In this document: piece after piece, positions 1-7,710 of the stretch
Numbering within the stretch: the stretch's first letter is position 1
Layout of the letters: every line of letters begins with the position of its first letter
NCBI GenBank assembly: GCA_023248035.1
Contig: JAHFFJ010000003.1
Coordinates: 13,526 to 58,879 of the forward strand
Direction of reading: 5' to 3'
Origin: Candidatus Micrarchaeota archaeon
Lineage (GTDB): Archaea; Micrarchaeota; Micrarchaeia; Anstonellales; Bilamarchaeaceae
Length of the DNA: 45,354 nucleotides
The notes under the pieces: generated by a model
Told to the model about the DNA's origin: nothing
The model's input: only the letters and a program-made list of their open reading frames with translations
The model's database searches: none
Program-made: the position numbers and the translations under genes

Positions 1-561
1 GGCGCAGAGGCAGTAGTTAAGAAAGTTCGGATCATAGGCAGGCCGGCAATTGCCAAAATCAGAATGGCAAAAAGCTATAGGATAGATAAACTTGACAATA
101 AATTACGCACCGAACGAACACGAAGCGAAGCAAGACTACTAAATAAGGCGAAAATGGCCGGAGTGGAATGCCCTACTGTTTTTGAGGTAAGCGATTTTGA
201 GATCGTGATGAGTTTTGTTAATGGCAAAAGGCCAGCTATGAAAGGATGGGAAGCAATTGAAGCAGGGAGGATACTTGCAAAGCTTCATGGAAATGACATA
301 ATACACGGTGATTATACTCCAGCAAATCTCATATGCACTAATAGAGACAAAAGAAATTCTCTGATTGTAATAGATTTTGGTTTGGGTTATATTTCAAAAG
401 ATATTGAGGATAAGGCAGTAGATGTTTTTACCATGCTTAGGGCGATTGACAAAAAAATGCACCAGGACTTCGTTAAAGGTTATAATGATTATACCAACGC
501 CAGTGATGTGATTAGCAGGGTAAAGATTGTAGAAAAACGAGTAAGATATGCTGTGGTATAA
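1..561 (+). CDS. bud32: Bud32/PRPK-type atypical protein kinase (KEOPS subunit), 5' end cut by the window edge
   Basis: Frame 1 is open from base 1 (GAEAVVKKVRIIGRPAIAKIR) into the 64..561 ORF. It has the HGDYTPANL catalytic loop and a DFGL motif, and its small size is typical of archaeal Bud32. Confidence 0.8.
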   Translation, partial: GAEAVVKKVRIIGRPAIAKIRMAKSYRIDKLDNKLRTERTRSEARLLNKAKMAGVECPTVFEVSDFEIVMSFVNGKRPAMKGWEAIEAGRILAKLHGNDIIHGDYTPANLICTNRDKRNSLIVIDFGLGYISKDIEDKAVDVFTMLRAIDKKMHQDFVKGYNDYTNASDVISRVKIVEKRVRYAVV

Positions 562-573
562 TAGATCCTTATT

Positions 574-957
574 TTAGTCTATAAAAATAACATTCTTTTT
601 TCCTTTGAAATCAGGATCACCAGTAAGTAACTGCGCCCCCAAATTCATTGCCGCTGCATATCCAAAGGCATCAATAGAAGATAATTTCTCTGTTTTATGG
701 ATTTTTGCCGCTGACATCGCAAGAGCTTCATCTATAAAAACAACTTTTGCCCTATCTTTTATTGAAACGATAAATTCAGTTGCTGCTTCATCACCTATTC
801 GATCTATAGCACGATAGTAAACTTCATAGATATTCAATATAGTTGTGTATAATGAATTATCAGAGTTATCGAGAAATTTTATGGTCTTTCGATAACATGG
901 ATCATTTTGATCTTCCAAAAGATTAAGCCAAGACCAGCTATCTACGAGAATGTCCAT
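574..957 (-). CDS. vapC: PIN-domain ribonuclease toxin VapC
   Basis: 127 aa with the four PIN acidic positions in the expected order: MDILVDSW, NIYEVYY, SSIDAF, LLTGDPDF. It overlaps the upstream antitoxin gene by 20 nt. Confidence 0.8.
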   Translation of the reverse strand: MDILVDSWSWLNLLEDQNDPCYRKTIKFLDNSDNSLYTTILNIYEVYYRAIDRIGDEAATEFIVSIKDRAKVVFIDEALAMSAAKIHKTEKLSSIDAFGYAAAMNLGAQLLTGDPDFKGKKNVIFID

Positions 958-1171
958 CCCAATCCTCTTTGTGTGTTTTTAGGTAGTCTTTGGTTATTCC
1001 TTTTGATTTACCTGCCCAATATTTTAAGTTTCGCACAGGCACTACGTGTACATCTTTGTTTTTTTCGTCATAAACAAAGACGATATCATTGGTTTTGAGC
1101 TTATCGCGAATTTCTTTTGGCACTACAACTCGACCATATTCATCAATAGTTGAAACGTTTTCATTTGCCAT
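938..1171 (-). CDS. vapB: AbrB/SpoVT-fold antitoxin (VapB-like)
   Basis: 77 aa. The N-terminal GRVVVPKEIRDKL is the swapped-hairpin AbrB/MazE signature. The gene sits directly upstream of and overlaps the PIN gene. Confidence 0.75.
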   Translation of the reverse strand: MANENVSTIDEYGRVVVPKEIRDKLKTNDIVFVYDEKNKDVHVVPVRNLKYWAGKSKGITKDYLKTHKEDWDGHSRR

Positions 1172-1233
1172 TTTTATGCTTTAAATGGCAAAATATTTAA
1201 ATATTGGCAATTGGTTATATATGTGGCAAATGA
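1161..1233. promoter_or_regulatory. vapBC promoter/operator region: 10-bp inverted repeat plus TGGCAA direct repeats around an AT-rich TATA-like box
   Basis: tcatttgcca (1161-1170, covering the vapB start codon) is the exact reverse complement of tggcaaatga (1224-1233). TGGCAA(A/T) recurs at 1186, 1205 and 1224. The palindromic atatttaaatat lies ~25-35 nt upstream of the ATG, which suggests a leaderless transcript. Confidence 0.4.
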
Positions 1234-1472
1234 ACTAGCTACTTTTGGGCAGGTTGTTTTTGAGAGTGGAAGAAACTACCAAAAAATCAAAAGAGGAAAT
1301 GAAAAAAAATTCAATGGCAAAATTGTTACGCACATAGTTCCAGCCTTGGACTTCTAGCGGGCAGAAGAATACCATCAGAGATATTTTTGAGAAACACGGA
1401 TGGGAAGTCTGTAACATATAATTTTTTGAATCAACGAGCTCATATTTATACTTAAGCCCACAATTTATTTTT

Positions 1473-2273
1473 ATGACTAGTTGCCTTTTAACAGCTACAA
1501 AAGGATCCACAATTCCGGAACAACGAAGTGGTGGCTTTTTATTACAAAAATTAATGCCAAAAATTGAAAGATTGGTTTTAGAGGAAGCTGAAAAAAATCC
1601 AGTCGCTCTTTCTGTTGGAAATGTAAGGTTAGATAGTGATGCAGCATATCAAAGAACGATTTCAGGACTTTTGGATATTGGAGGAACCCTTTCACACAAA
1701 TTAGGTGGATGTTATATTTTTCGAATAGTAGATGATCGAAATTTAACAATAGATAGAGCAGAACGCACATTTTTAGATGAGCAAAATCGTGAATTAGAAA
1801 TGCCTCTCCTTACATATTACGAAAGTAGTTTTAGGAAAAGTGGTTCGATTAAAATTAGAGGATTGTTAGGAGAAGAAGATAAAAGGATAGTAAGACCGGA
1901 AAACGCAGCGGTAGAATATTATGCATTATCAAGACACTTATCCGATGTACCATTAGCACAAATAAAACCAGAATATCTTGAAAAAGTGGATGAAGAAGGT
2001 TTTTCACCAGCTCCAAAAGATTATCTTTTACCATTTTATCCGATTATTGCTGCGGAATATTTTGATGAGATGACCAGAGCGGGTAAAAATAAAACACTGA
2101 TAAATTTCTTTCATGCTGGACGATTTCCTTGCCCGGATAATGGAGCAAAGATACACATGGAACTTTACGGTCGGGAATTAAGGATAATCAATTTTTACGT
2201 AGAAGAATCTGCAGGTGAAATGGTTGTTGTTTCAGCATGGGATTCTGAAACTTATAAAGTGGCTAATGGATAG
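1473..2273 (+). CDS. hypothetical protein (no family recognised); the true start may be the internal Met at 1554
   Basis: Long ORF with ordinary amino-acid composition. The competing antisense ORFs are short and low-complexity. Confidence 0.5.
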   Translation: MTSCLLTATKGSTIPEQRSGGFLLQKLMPKIERLVLEEAEKNPVALSVGNVRLDSDAAYQRTISGLLDIGGTLSHKLGGCYIFRIVDDRNLTIDRAERTFLDEQNRELEMPLLTYYESSFRKSGSIKIRGLLGEEDKRIVRPENAAVEYYALSRHLSDVPLAQIKPEYLEKVDEEGFSPAPKDYLLPFYPIIAAEYFDEMTRAGKNKTLINFFHAGRFPCPDNGAKIHMELYGRELRIINFYVEESAGEMVVVSAWDSETYKVANG

Positions 2274-2312
2274 AACATATGCTCTTAAATTAATATTTGG
2301 CTATTTATTATC

Positions 2313-2565
2313 GGGCTAGAGCGGGGCCAGGGGTCCCGGCACCGTAAATCCCCTTAGACGGCTCGAATGCCCGGGGCGTTTTGTCTTTTATGCATGCCCA
2401 TTTTCTTAAGCGTTGATGTCCTGCCTTATATGGCGGATCAGTATGTGAAACGGGTCAGGCCGAAAGGAGCAGCCATAAACATTTTGAACCGTGCTTGTAA
2501 GAAACAGGATGGAGTAGAGGAAAGTGGCTCCTTGCATAGTTGCCAGGGCTAACCGGGAAGCTCAT
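2313..2565 (+). ncRNA. signal recognition particle RNA (archaeal 7S RNA); ends approximate
   Basis: GGGUCAGGCCGAAAGGAGCAGCC at 2452-2474 matches the universally conserved SRP RNA helix-8 motif (compare E. coli 4.5S GGUCAGGUCCGGAAGGAAGCAGCC). The 5' end is G-rich (GGGCUAGAGCGGGGCC) and is preceded by an AT-rich TATA-like box near 2285-2295. The only ORF here (2367..2552) has no protein-like features. Confidence 0.7.
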
Positions 2566-2587
2566 AAAATTTTAAGTTGATAAATTT

Positions 2588-2883
2588 TGCTCCGTCTGGG
2601 ATTTGAACCCAGGTCGATGGAGTCCTCCAAACTTTTGGAAAAAGTTTGATCAAAACTGACTTGCTAATTTTTGCTTTTTTCTGTACGCTCGCCTTATCGG
2701 CTCGCACAGAACTGATAACAAAAATGGTTTACTAAAGTTCAGTAATTTTCCGATAAGGAAAATTCAACTGAACAAAAACCAAAAACCCGAATGGGTTTTT
2801 CAACAACCAGTTTTTTGTAAAACTTTTTTCCTAAAAAAGTTTTTGAAAGTCCACTATCCTTGACCGGTCTAGACGAACGGAGC
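2588..2883 (-). tRNA. tRNA-Glu (anticodon UUC) interrupted by a ~221-nt intron at the canonical 37/38 position; no encoded CCA
   Basis: Minus-strand exon 1 (2883-2844): GCTCCGT TC GTCT AGACCGGTCAA GGAT A GTGGA CTTTCA. Exon 2 (2622-2588): C TCCAT CGAC CTGGG TTCAAAT CCCAG ACGGAGC A. All four stems pair, the T-loop is TTCAAAT, and the D-arm and variable region closely resemble my recalled archaeal tRNA-Glu sequences. Confidence 0.8.
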
Positions 2884-3441
2884 TAGGGCCTTTAAAATTT
2901 CTTTATGCACAGACTGAACATCCATGCATGCATCAATTTTATGCCAATTTGGTGTTAAAAATCTTTGCTCAAAAAGTTTCAGGTAGTTAGAGCGCACTTC
3001 TTCTAGGTAAGATGCGTTTTCCTCATAACGGTCAAGAGCCTTTTGCTTTGATTTTCTCTTCTGTGATGTTTGTGAATCTATATCCAGTAAAAGAACAAGA
3101 TCAGGTTTTAGGTAATCCACACCAGTGATTATTTTTTTACCATCTTCGAATTTGATCCCATCTACTTCGTATGAAATTGTAGAGAAAACGTAGCGGTCAA
3201 GTATTACAAGTTTTTTTTCTGAAAGTGCACGTTTAATGTTTTTCTGATCTTCTGCAATATCAGCAAGGAAAAGCAGGAATAGTGCTTTTGGATCTAAAGA
3301 AACTTTCTTCTCAAGGTAGTCATTAAGCATGGGATAGATTCTAGTAGGGTACTTGAAAATTTCACAATTGAATTTTGAACGGAGAAGATCGATCTGACCG
3401 CCTTTGCCACAACCATCAATTCCCTCGATAACAATAAGCAT
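2869..3441 (-). CDS. tmk: thymidylate (dTMP) kinase
   Basis: N-terminal MLIVIEGIDGCGKGGQ P-loop, a DRY motif (LDRYVFS), and the 190-aa length typical of Tmk. Confidence 0.85.
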   Translation of the reverse strand: MLIVIEGIDGCGKGGQIDLLRSKFNCEIFKYPTRIYPMLNDYLEKKVSLDPKALFLLFLADIAEDQKNIKRALSEKKLVILDRYVFSTISYEVDGIKFEDGKKIITGVDYLKPDLVLLLDIDSQTSQKRKSKQKALDRYEENASYLEEVRSNYLKLFEQRFLTPNWHKIDACMDVQSVHKEILKALAPFV

Positions 3442-3559
3442 ATATGGAATGGGAAAACTAAATTTTTAAACTTTGCATAGCGCAAAAGTCAGAAATTCGC
3501 TTATGTAACCCTTACTTGGCCGTTTTTATTTTTTATCCTTTATAACTTGTTAGATATAC

Positions 3560-4441
3560 ATGGTAGACCTAATTTCGATAAGGGACTTGGATAAGAAGGC
3601 TATCGAGAGCCTTATCAAATCGGCGCAGGAGATAGCAGAGGGAAGAGAAGTAGATCTTGATGGCATAGTAGCCACGATGTTTTTTGAACCATCCACAAGA
3701 ACTAAACTTTCTTTCCAATCGGCAGCTCTCCGAAGCGGCATGGAATACATTGACTTCCAACCGGAAAGCAGCTCGCTTAAGAAAGGTGAAAGTTACTCTG
3801 ACACGATAAAAGTAGTTTCCGGTTATTCTGATGTTCTTGTAGTTAGGCATCCTAAAGAAGGGGCTGCAAGACTAGCGGCTGACCTTACTGATAAACCGGT
3901 AATAAACGCCGGAGATGGTGCAAACCAACACCCAACCCAAACACTTATCGATCTTTTTTCGATAAAGAAAAATAAGGGCAGAATAGGGGGATTAAAAATT
4001 GCGCTTCTTGGCGATTTAAAGCACGCACGCACCATGCGTTCACTTGTTTATGGACTTGCGATGTTTGGAAGTAATGTAACATTGATTTCCCCAGAAGGCC
4101 TTGAAATGGAACCTGAGTACATAAAAGAGCTGGGGGATAAATTTTCATTTAAACCAAAAATAACAAATGAGCCGAATTTTAGTGAGGCCGATGTGCTTTA
4201 TGTCTGCAGAATACAACAGGAAAGATTTGCAGACCCATATGAAGCAAAAAGAGTAACGGATCAATTCAGGATAAAAGCGCAGGACATAAAGGATGCTAAA
4301 GAAGATTTGGTCATACTTGATCCCTTGCCAAAACTCAATGAGATAGATAGTGCAATAGATAAAATGAAGCAGGCCAAATATTTTGAGCAGGCACATTTTG
4401 GCATACCTATAAGGCAGGCAGTTCTTGAATATGTGAGGTGA
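3560..4441 (+). CDS. pyrB: aspartate carbamoyltransferase catalytic subunit
   Basis: STRTKLSF carbamoyl-phosphate motif and HPTQ motif, 293 aa, followed directly by pyrI. Confidence 0.95.
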   Translation: MVDLISIRDLDKKAIESLIKSAQEIAEGREVDLDGIVATMFFEPSTRTKLSFQSAALRSGMEYIDFQPESSSLKKGESYSDTIKVVSGYSDVLVVRHPKEGAARLAADLTDKPVINAGDGANQHPTQTLIDLFSIKKNKGRIGGLKIALLGDLKHARTMRSLVYGLAMFGSNVTLISPEGLEMEPEYIKELGDKFSFKPKITNEPNFSEADVLYVCRIQQERFADPYEAKRVTDQFRIKAQDIKDAKEDLVILDPLPKLNEIDSAIDKMKQAKYFEQAHFGIPIRQAVLEYVR

Positions 4442-4445
4442 TAAC

Positions 4446-4871
4446 TTGCAGGTTGACAATATAGAAATTGGAACGGTAGTTGATCATATAGAGGCAGGTA
4501 AAGCAGCAAAAGTGATGAAACTTCTCGATATAGGGGAAAACTACCCCCATCGGGTTGCAGTAGTACTAAATGTCCCGAGCAAGAAAATGGGGACAAAAGA
4601 TATTGTAAAAATAGAGGGAAAACTTGTCAATCAGGAAACCGCCAATATAATAGCATTAATTTCACCTGGTGCAACGGTGAACATAATAAAAAACGGCAAA
4701 CTCGGACAAAAATATAATGTCGAATTGCCAAACGAGATTCGTGGAAGTGGCAAGTGCCCAAATCCAAACTGCATAAGTGTTGAAAGTGAAGAAAGATTCT
4801 TTAGCAAAGAAAAGAACTCCTACCGCTGCCATTATTGCGAAAGAATATTTAATGCTCCTGAGCTGGTCTGA
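4446..4871 (+). CDS. pyrI: aspartate carbamoyltransferase regulatory subunit
   Basis: 141 aa. The C-terminal zinc domain has CPNPNC...CHYC. The gene lies 4 nt after the pyrB stop. Confidence 0.9.
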   Translation: MQVDNIEIGTVVDHIEAGKAAKVMKLLDIGENYPHRVAVVLNVPSKKMGTKDIVKIEGKLVNQETANIIALISPGATVNIIKNGKLGQKYNVELPNEIRGSGKCPNPNCISVESEERFFSKEKNSYRCHYCERIFNAPELV

Positions 4872-5302
4872 TGGATTATAGGAAAACTGAGCGTGGACTT
4901 GTTATCAGACTAGATGATGGAGATGAAATAGTTGACACTTTAAAAAAATTAGCAGAAAGGGAAAAAATTCTTAGTGCAACTGTAACTGGTATTGGTGCAG
5001 CAAAGAAAGCTGAGATTGCTCATTTTGATACAAAAAAGAAAAAGTATAACACAAAAAAACTTGAAGGAATGTTAGAGATAATTGCACTTAATGGAAATAT
5101 TTGCATTCTTGATGGAACCCCTGCAGTTCACATTCATATTGCAATAAGTAGGCATGATTTTTCTACTCTTTCCGGCCACCTGATGAACGCGGAGGTTTAT
5201 CCTACTTGCGAAATAGTAGTAACTGAAATTGGGATTAAAATAGAGCGAAAGTTTGATGAGAAAACTGGATTAAATTTACAAAGTTTCAGCTCTGGTAAGT
5301 AA
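4871..5302 (+). CDS. PPC (DUF296) domain protein
   Basis: The pattern VIRLDDGDEIVDTLKKLAERE...TGIGA...LEIIALNGNI...HIHIAIS...GHL matches the PPC/DUF296 fold. The start codon overlaps the pyrI stop (TGATG). Confidence 0.65.
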   Translation: MDYRKTERGLVIRLDDGDEIVDTLKKLAEREKILSATVTGIGAAKKAEIAHFDTKKKKYNTKKLEGMLEIIALNGNICILDGTPAVHIHIAISRHDFSTLSGHLMNAEVYPTCEIVVTEIGIKIERKFDEKTGLNLQSFSSGK

Positions 5303-5440
5303 TGAGGGGGTGGCAACACCCAAGCGCGGTAAAGAATACAACCTCCATTTTTGCCACGTTTAGGATATGTACGCAACTAACCTCTTTCCATCCACCCCAT
5401 AAATTCTTGGAAGATAGTAAATTGAAATGTTTCTGGGACG

Positions 5441-6172
5441 CTAAGAACGAAGAGGATATTGAAGCACAACAAACAAATGATCCTTGTCAAATGGTTCGAG
5501 TTTTATTTTTTCCAGAACCTTAAACACACGCTCGAGCTTTGAGAGAACTTCGTCAAAAACCACATTTGGGGGCTTGGTTACATCGATGCTCTGACTCTTT
5601 ATACAGATCATCGCTACCCCACCAGACTTGAGAAAGGCATGGGCGTTCTTGATCAAAAGGTCATCCTGATCAGGCTGGGCAACATCCTGGTATATTACAT
5701 CCACTTTACCCACATCAGCGTACTCCTGGGGCTGGCGAGCATCACCATGGATTGGGATAATGTTATTACGGCGTTCCGAAAGGGCGATAAGAGGGCGCAT
5801 ACACTGGGGAGAAATTTCTACAGCATATATTTCGCCGCTTGGACCAACGATATCAGATATATGAGAAATGGTAGTTCCGGTTGATGCACCAAGGTAGAGT
5901 ACTTTGCTTCCAAGGTCGAATGGAAAATTTTTAAGCCCCTTTTTTATGGCACCACAAAGCTTGCTCCGGTGTGGATCCCACAAACGATATTCGCCATCGG
6001 AGTCACGAAGAATTTTTTCACCATAGACTTTATGACCAGGATCAATACTTAACGTTCCAACCGATCGATCAAGAGCATATACTCTAGGAAAAAGAAGTTT
6101 CATATGGGAAGAAGATAAAAGATAACTTTTAATAGGATTGCGTATTAATTCTTCCCTGCAAATTATATCCAA
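5441..6172 (-). CDS. flpA: fibrillarin-like rRNA/tRNA 2'-O-methyltransferase (the true start may be the Met at 6103, MKLLFPRVY)
   Basis: YRLWDPHRSKL, VLYLGASTGTTISHISDIVG (SAM motif), IIPIHGDARQPQEY, DVIYQDVAQPDQ and EPFDKDH all align with archaeal fibrillarin. Confidence 0.9.
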   Translation of the reverse strand: MDIICREELIRNPIKSYLLSSSHMKLLFPRVYALDRSVGTLSIDPGHKVYGEKILRDSDGEYRLWDPHRSKLCGAIKKGLKNFPFDLGSKVLYLGASTGTTISHISDIVGPSGEIYAVEISPQCMRPLIALSERRNNIIPIHGDARQPQEYADVGKVDVIYQDVAQPDQDDLLIKNAHAFLKSGGVAMICIKSQSIDVTKPPNVVFDEVLSKLERVFKVLEKIKLEPFDKDHLFVVLQYPLRS

Positions 6173-6214
6173 TTTTCCGAATAATTAGGAAATTCAATAG
6201 AGGAGAGTGTTAAT

Positions 6215-6622
6215 ATGGTCACAGCGTATGACGTTGAAGCAAACAAACTCATAGAAAAAGCAGCCGAAAAGCTGAAAGATATGCAGCTAACAAAACCAGC
6301 ATTTGTAGGCCTGGTAAAGACAGGAGCGCACGCATCACGCCCCCCACAACAGGAGAATTTCTGGTATATTCGATGCGCTTCGATATTAAGGCAAGCTTAC
6401 ATAACAGATGCCGTAGGGAGCAACAGGCTCAGAAGGCATTATGGAGGAAAGAAAAGACGGGGAGTAAGGCCAGCAAGGCATGCTCCAGCAGGTGGATCAA
6501 CAATAAGAAAGGCCATGCAGGAGCTTGAAAAAGCAGGGCTTCTTGCAAAACAGAAAATTGGCCGGGTGTTGACACCAAAAGGAAGAAAATTCCTCGATTC
6601 TGTCGCAAAAGAGAGCGGCTGA
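6215..6622 (+). CDS. rps19e: 30S ribosomal protein S19e
   Basis: VTAYDVEANKLIEKAAEKLK... WYIRCASILR... GGSTIRKAMQELEKAGL match eS19, in the conserved gene context. Confidence 0.9.
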   Translation: MVTAYDVEANKLIEKAAEKLKDMQLTKPAFVGLVKTGAHASRPPQQENFWYIRCASILRQAYITDAVGSNRLRRHYGGKKRRGVRPARHAPAGGSTIRKAMQELEKAGLLAKQKIGRVLTPKGRKFLDSVAKESG

Positions 6623-6623
6623 T

Positions 6624-6914
6624 ATGGAAGATGAAGAATTAGGAGATGTAAGAAAGAAGAAACTGGATGCTAAAAAAGCTCAGGAGCAGCTCAAGAGCGC
6701 ATTAAGAAGTGCACTTGAAGAGGCTGCATATGAGAGACTAATGAATGTTGCCGTGGCTAATAAGGAAGTATACCTTAATGCTGCTCAGAGTGCCCTGATG
6801 TTTTACAAAAGAACGGGCGGAAGGAAAATAACCGAGAGCGAGATTCTCGCTCTTTTGAAGGCTATAAAAGAGCAGAATGAAACGAAAACAACGATAACGT
6901 TTCACAAGAAATAA
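6624..6914 (+). CDS. PDCD5/TFAR19-family dsDNA-binding protein
   Basis: 96-aa helical protein (RKKKLDAKKAQEQ... AYERLMNV...) in the position after S19e usually held by the MTH1615-like protein. It starts 1 nt after rps19e. Confidence 0.7.
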   Translation: MEDEELGDVRKKKLDAKKAQEQLKSALRSALEEAAYERLMNVAVANKEVYLNAAQSALMFYKRTGGRKITESEILALLKAIKEQNETKTTITFHKK

Positions 6915-7216
6915 AAAGAACCGATGGTTCTTTTTGAATCTCCTTTGAATTTGGGAAGATATTAAGAAGCTAAGAAGAGATGTTGAACACGATTAGAAAA
7001 ACGTTCAAATAAAAAGGAAGTTAAAAAGAAACCGTAGGTTTCTTTTAGTTCAAAGAAAAGGAGATCAAATAAAAAGGAGATTAGAAAAGAACCTTGGTTC
7101 TTTTCATAGGAGGATAAAAAGGAACCTTGGTTCCTTTTAGGAGTGGGTTTTCAAACCGGAGTAAATAAGGTTGACGGATCGAAAACCGACCGGTGTCGGT
7201 AAGGAGTGGGTTTTCA
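6914..7216. repeat. cluster of four related palindromic hairpins plus a duplicated 16-nt leader segment in an unusually long spacer
   Basis: Hairpins: aaaaagaaccGATGggttcttttt (6914-6936), aaaagaaaccGTAggtttctttt (7024-7046), gaaaagaaccttggttcttttc (7084-7105), aaaaggaaccttggttcctttt (7117-7138). caaataaaaagga(a/g) is repeated before hairpins 2 and 3. aggagtgggttttcaa occurs at 7139-7154 and again at 7202-7217, where it runs into the L39e ATG. Confidence 0.6.
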
Positions 7217-7375
7217 ATGGGTAGCAAAGGTTTAACAAAAAAAATGAGACTTGCCAAGGCTGCAAGAAAGATAAAGAGAATACCAGCTTTTGTCATAATA
7301 AGGACAAGACGAAGAGTAAGTTTTAACCGAAGAAAAAGAGACTGGAGAACGGATAAACTTAGGATAGCTGATTAA
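7217..7375 (+). CDS. rpl39e: 50S ribosomal protein L39e
   Basis: MGSKGLTKKMRLAKAARKIKRIPAFVIIRTRRRV...DWRTDKL matches eL39. I used the internal ATG at 7217 rather than the ORF-track start at 7193. Confidence 0.85.
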   Translation: MGSKGLTKKMRLAKAARKIKRIPAFVIIRTRRRVSFNRRKRDWRTDKLRIAD

Positions 7376-7376
7376 C

Positions 7377-7685
7377 ATGACTAAACTAGAAAGAGTATAT
7401 ACGGTTCCACTGGGAGATGCATACGAAATAGCCAGAAACAAGAGAACTCCACGTGCGGTCAAGATATTGAGGGCATTTATAACCAGGCACATGAAAGCCA
7501 AAGAAGAGCGGATTACCATAAGCGGTGCACTAAATACCTATTTATGGGCAAGAAGCATACAAAAACCTCCAAGAAGGGTAAAAGTACGTCTGGTCAAAGA
7601 AGGAGAAACAATCAAAGCCTATCTTGCTGATGAAAAGGTAGAAATTAAGAAGGAGGAAAAAACCGAAAAGAAGGAGAAGGCTTAA
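7377..7685 (+). CDS. rpl31e: 50S ribosomal protein L31e
   Basis: ERVYTVPLGDAY...RTPRAVKILRAFITRHMK matches eL31. It starts 1 nt after rpl39e. Confidence 0.85.
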   Translation: MTKLERVYTVPLGDAYEIARNKRTPRAVKILRAFITRHMKAKEERITISGALNTYLWARSIQKPPRRVKVRLVKEGETIKAYLADEKVEIKKEEKTEKKEKA

Positions 7686-7710
7686 ACGCCCCCGTTAGCA
7701 GTGAACTCAG

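Noticed and set aside
2367-2552. 61-aa ORF in the 2.3-2.6 kb region
   Set aside because: It lies entirely within the SRP RNA, which carries the conserved helix-8 motif. The peptide is Cys/Leu-rich with no protein-like features.
5302-5523. 73-aa ORF in the convergent gap after the PPC gene, overlapping the fibrillarin 3' end
   Set aside because: It has no start context or motifs and overlaps the well-supported flpA gene on the other strand. I could fold no convincing RNA gene for the 138-nt gap 5303-5440 either.
6914-7216. Possible small CRISPR array, because of the repeated ~22-nt units
   Set aside because: The repeats are individually palindromic hairpins with variable sequence and irregular spacing (about 87, 37 and 11 nt). 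There are only four, the spacers partly repeat each other, and no cas genes or leader are nearby.
7081-7296. 71-aa minus-strand ORF across the hairpin spacer and rpl39e
   Set aside because: It is antisense to a conserved ribosomal protein gene, and its repeated peptide segments simply reflect the DNA hairpin repeats.
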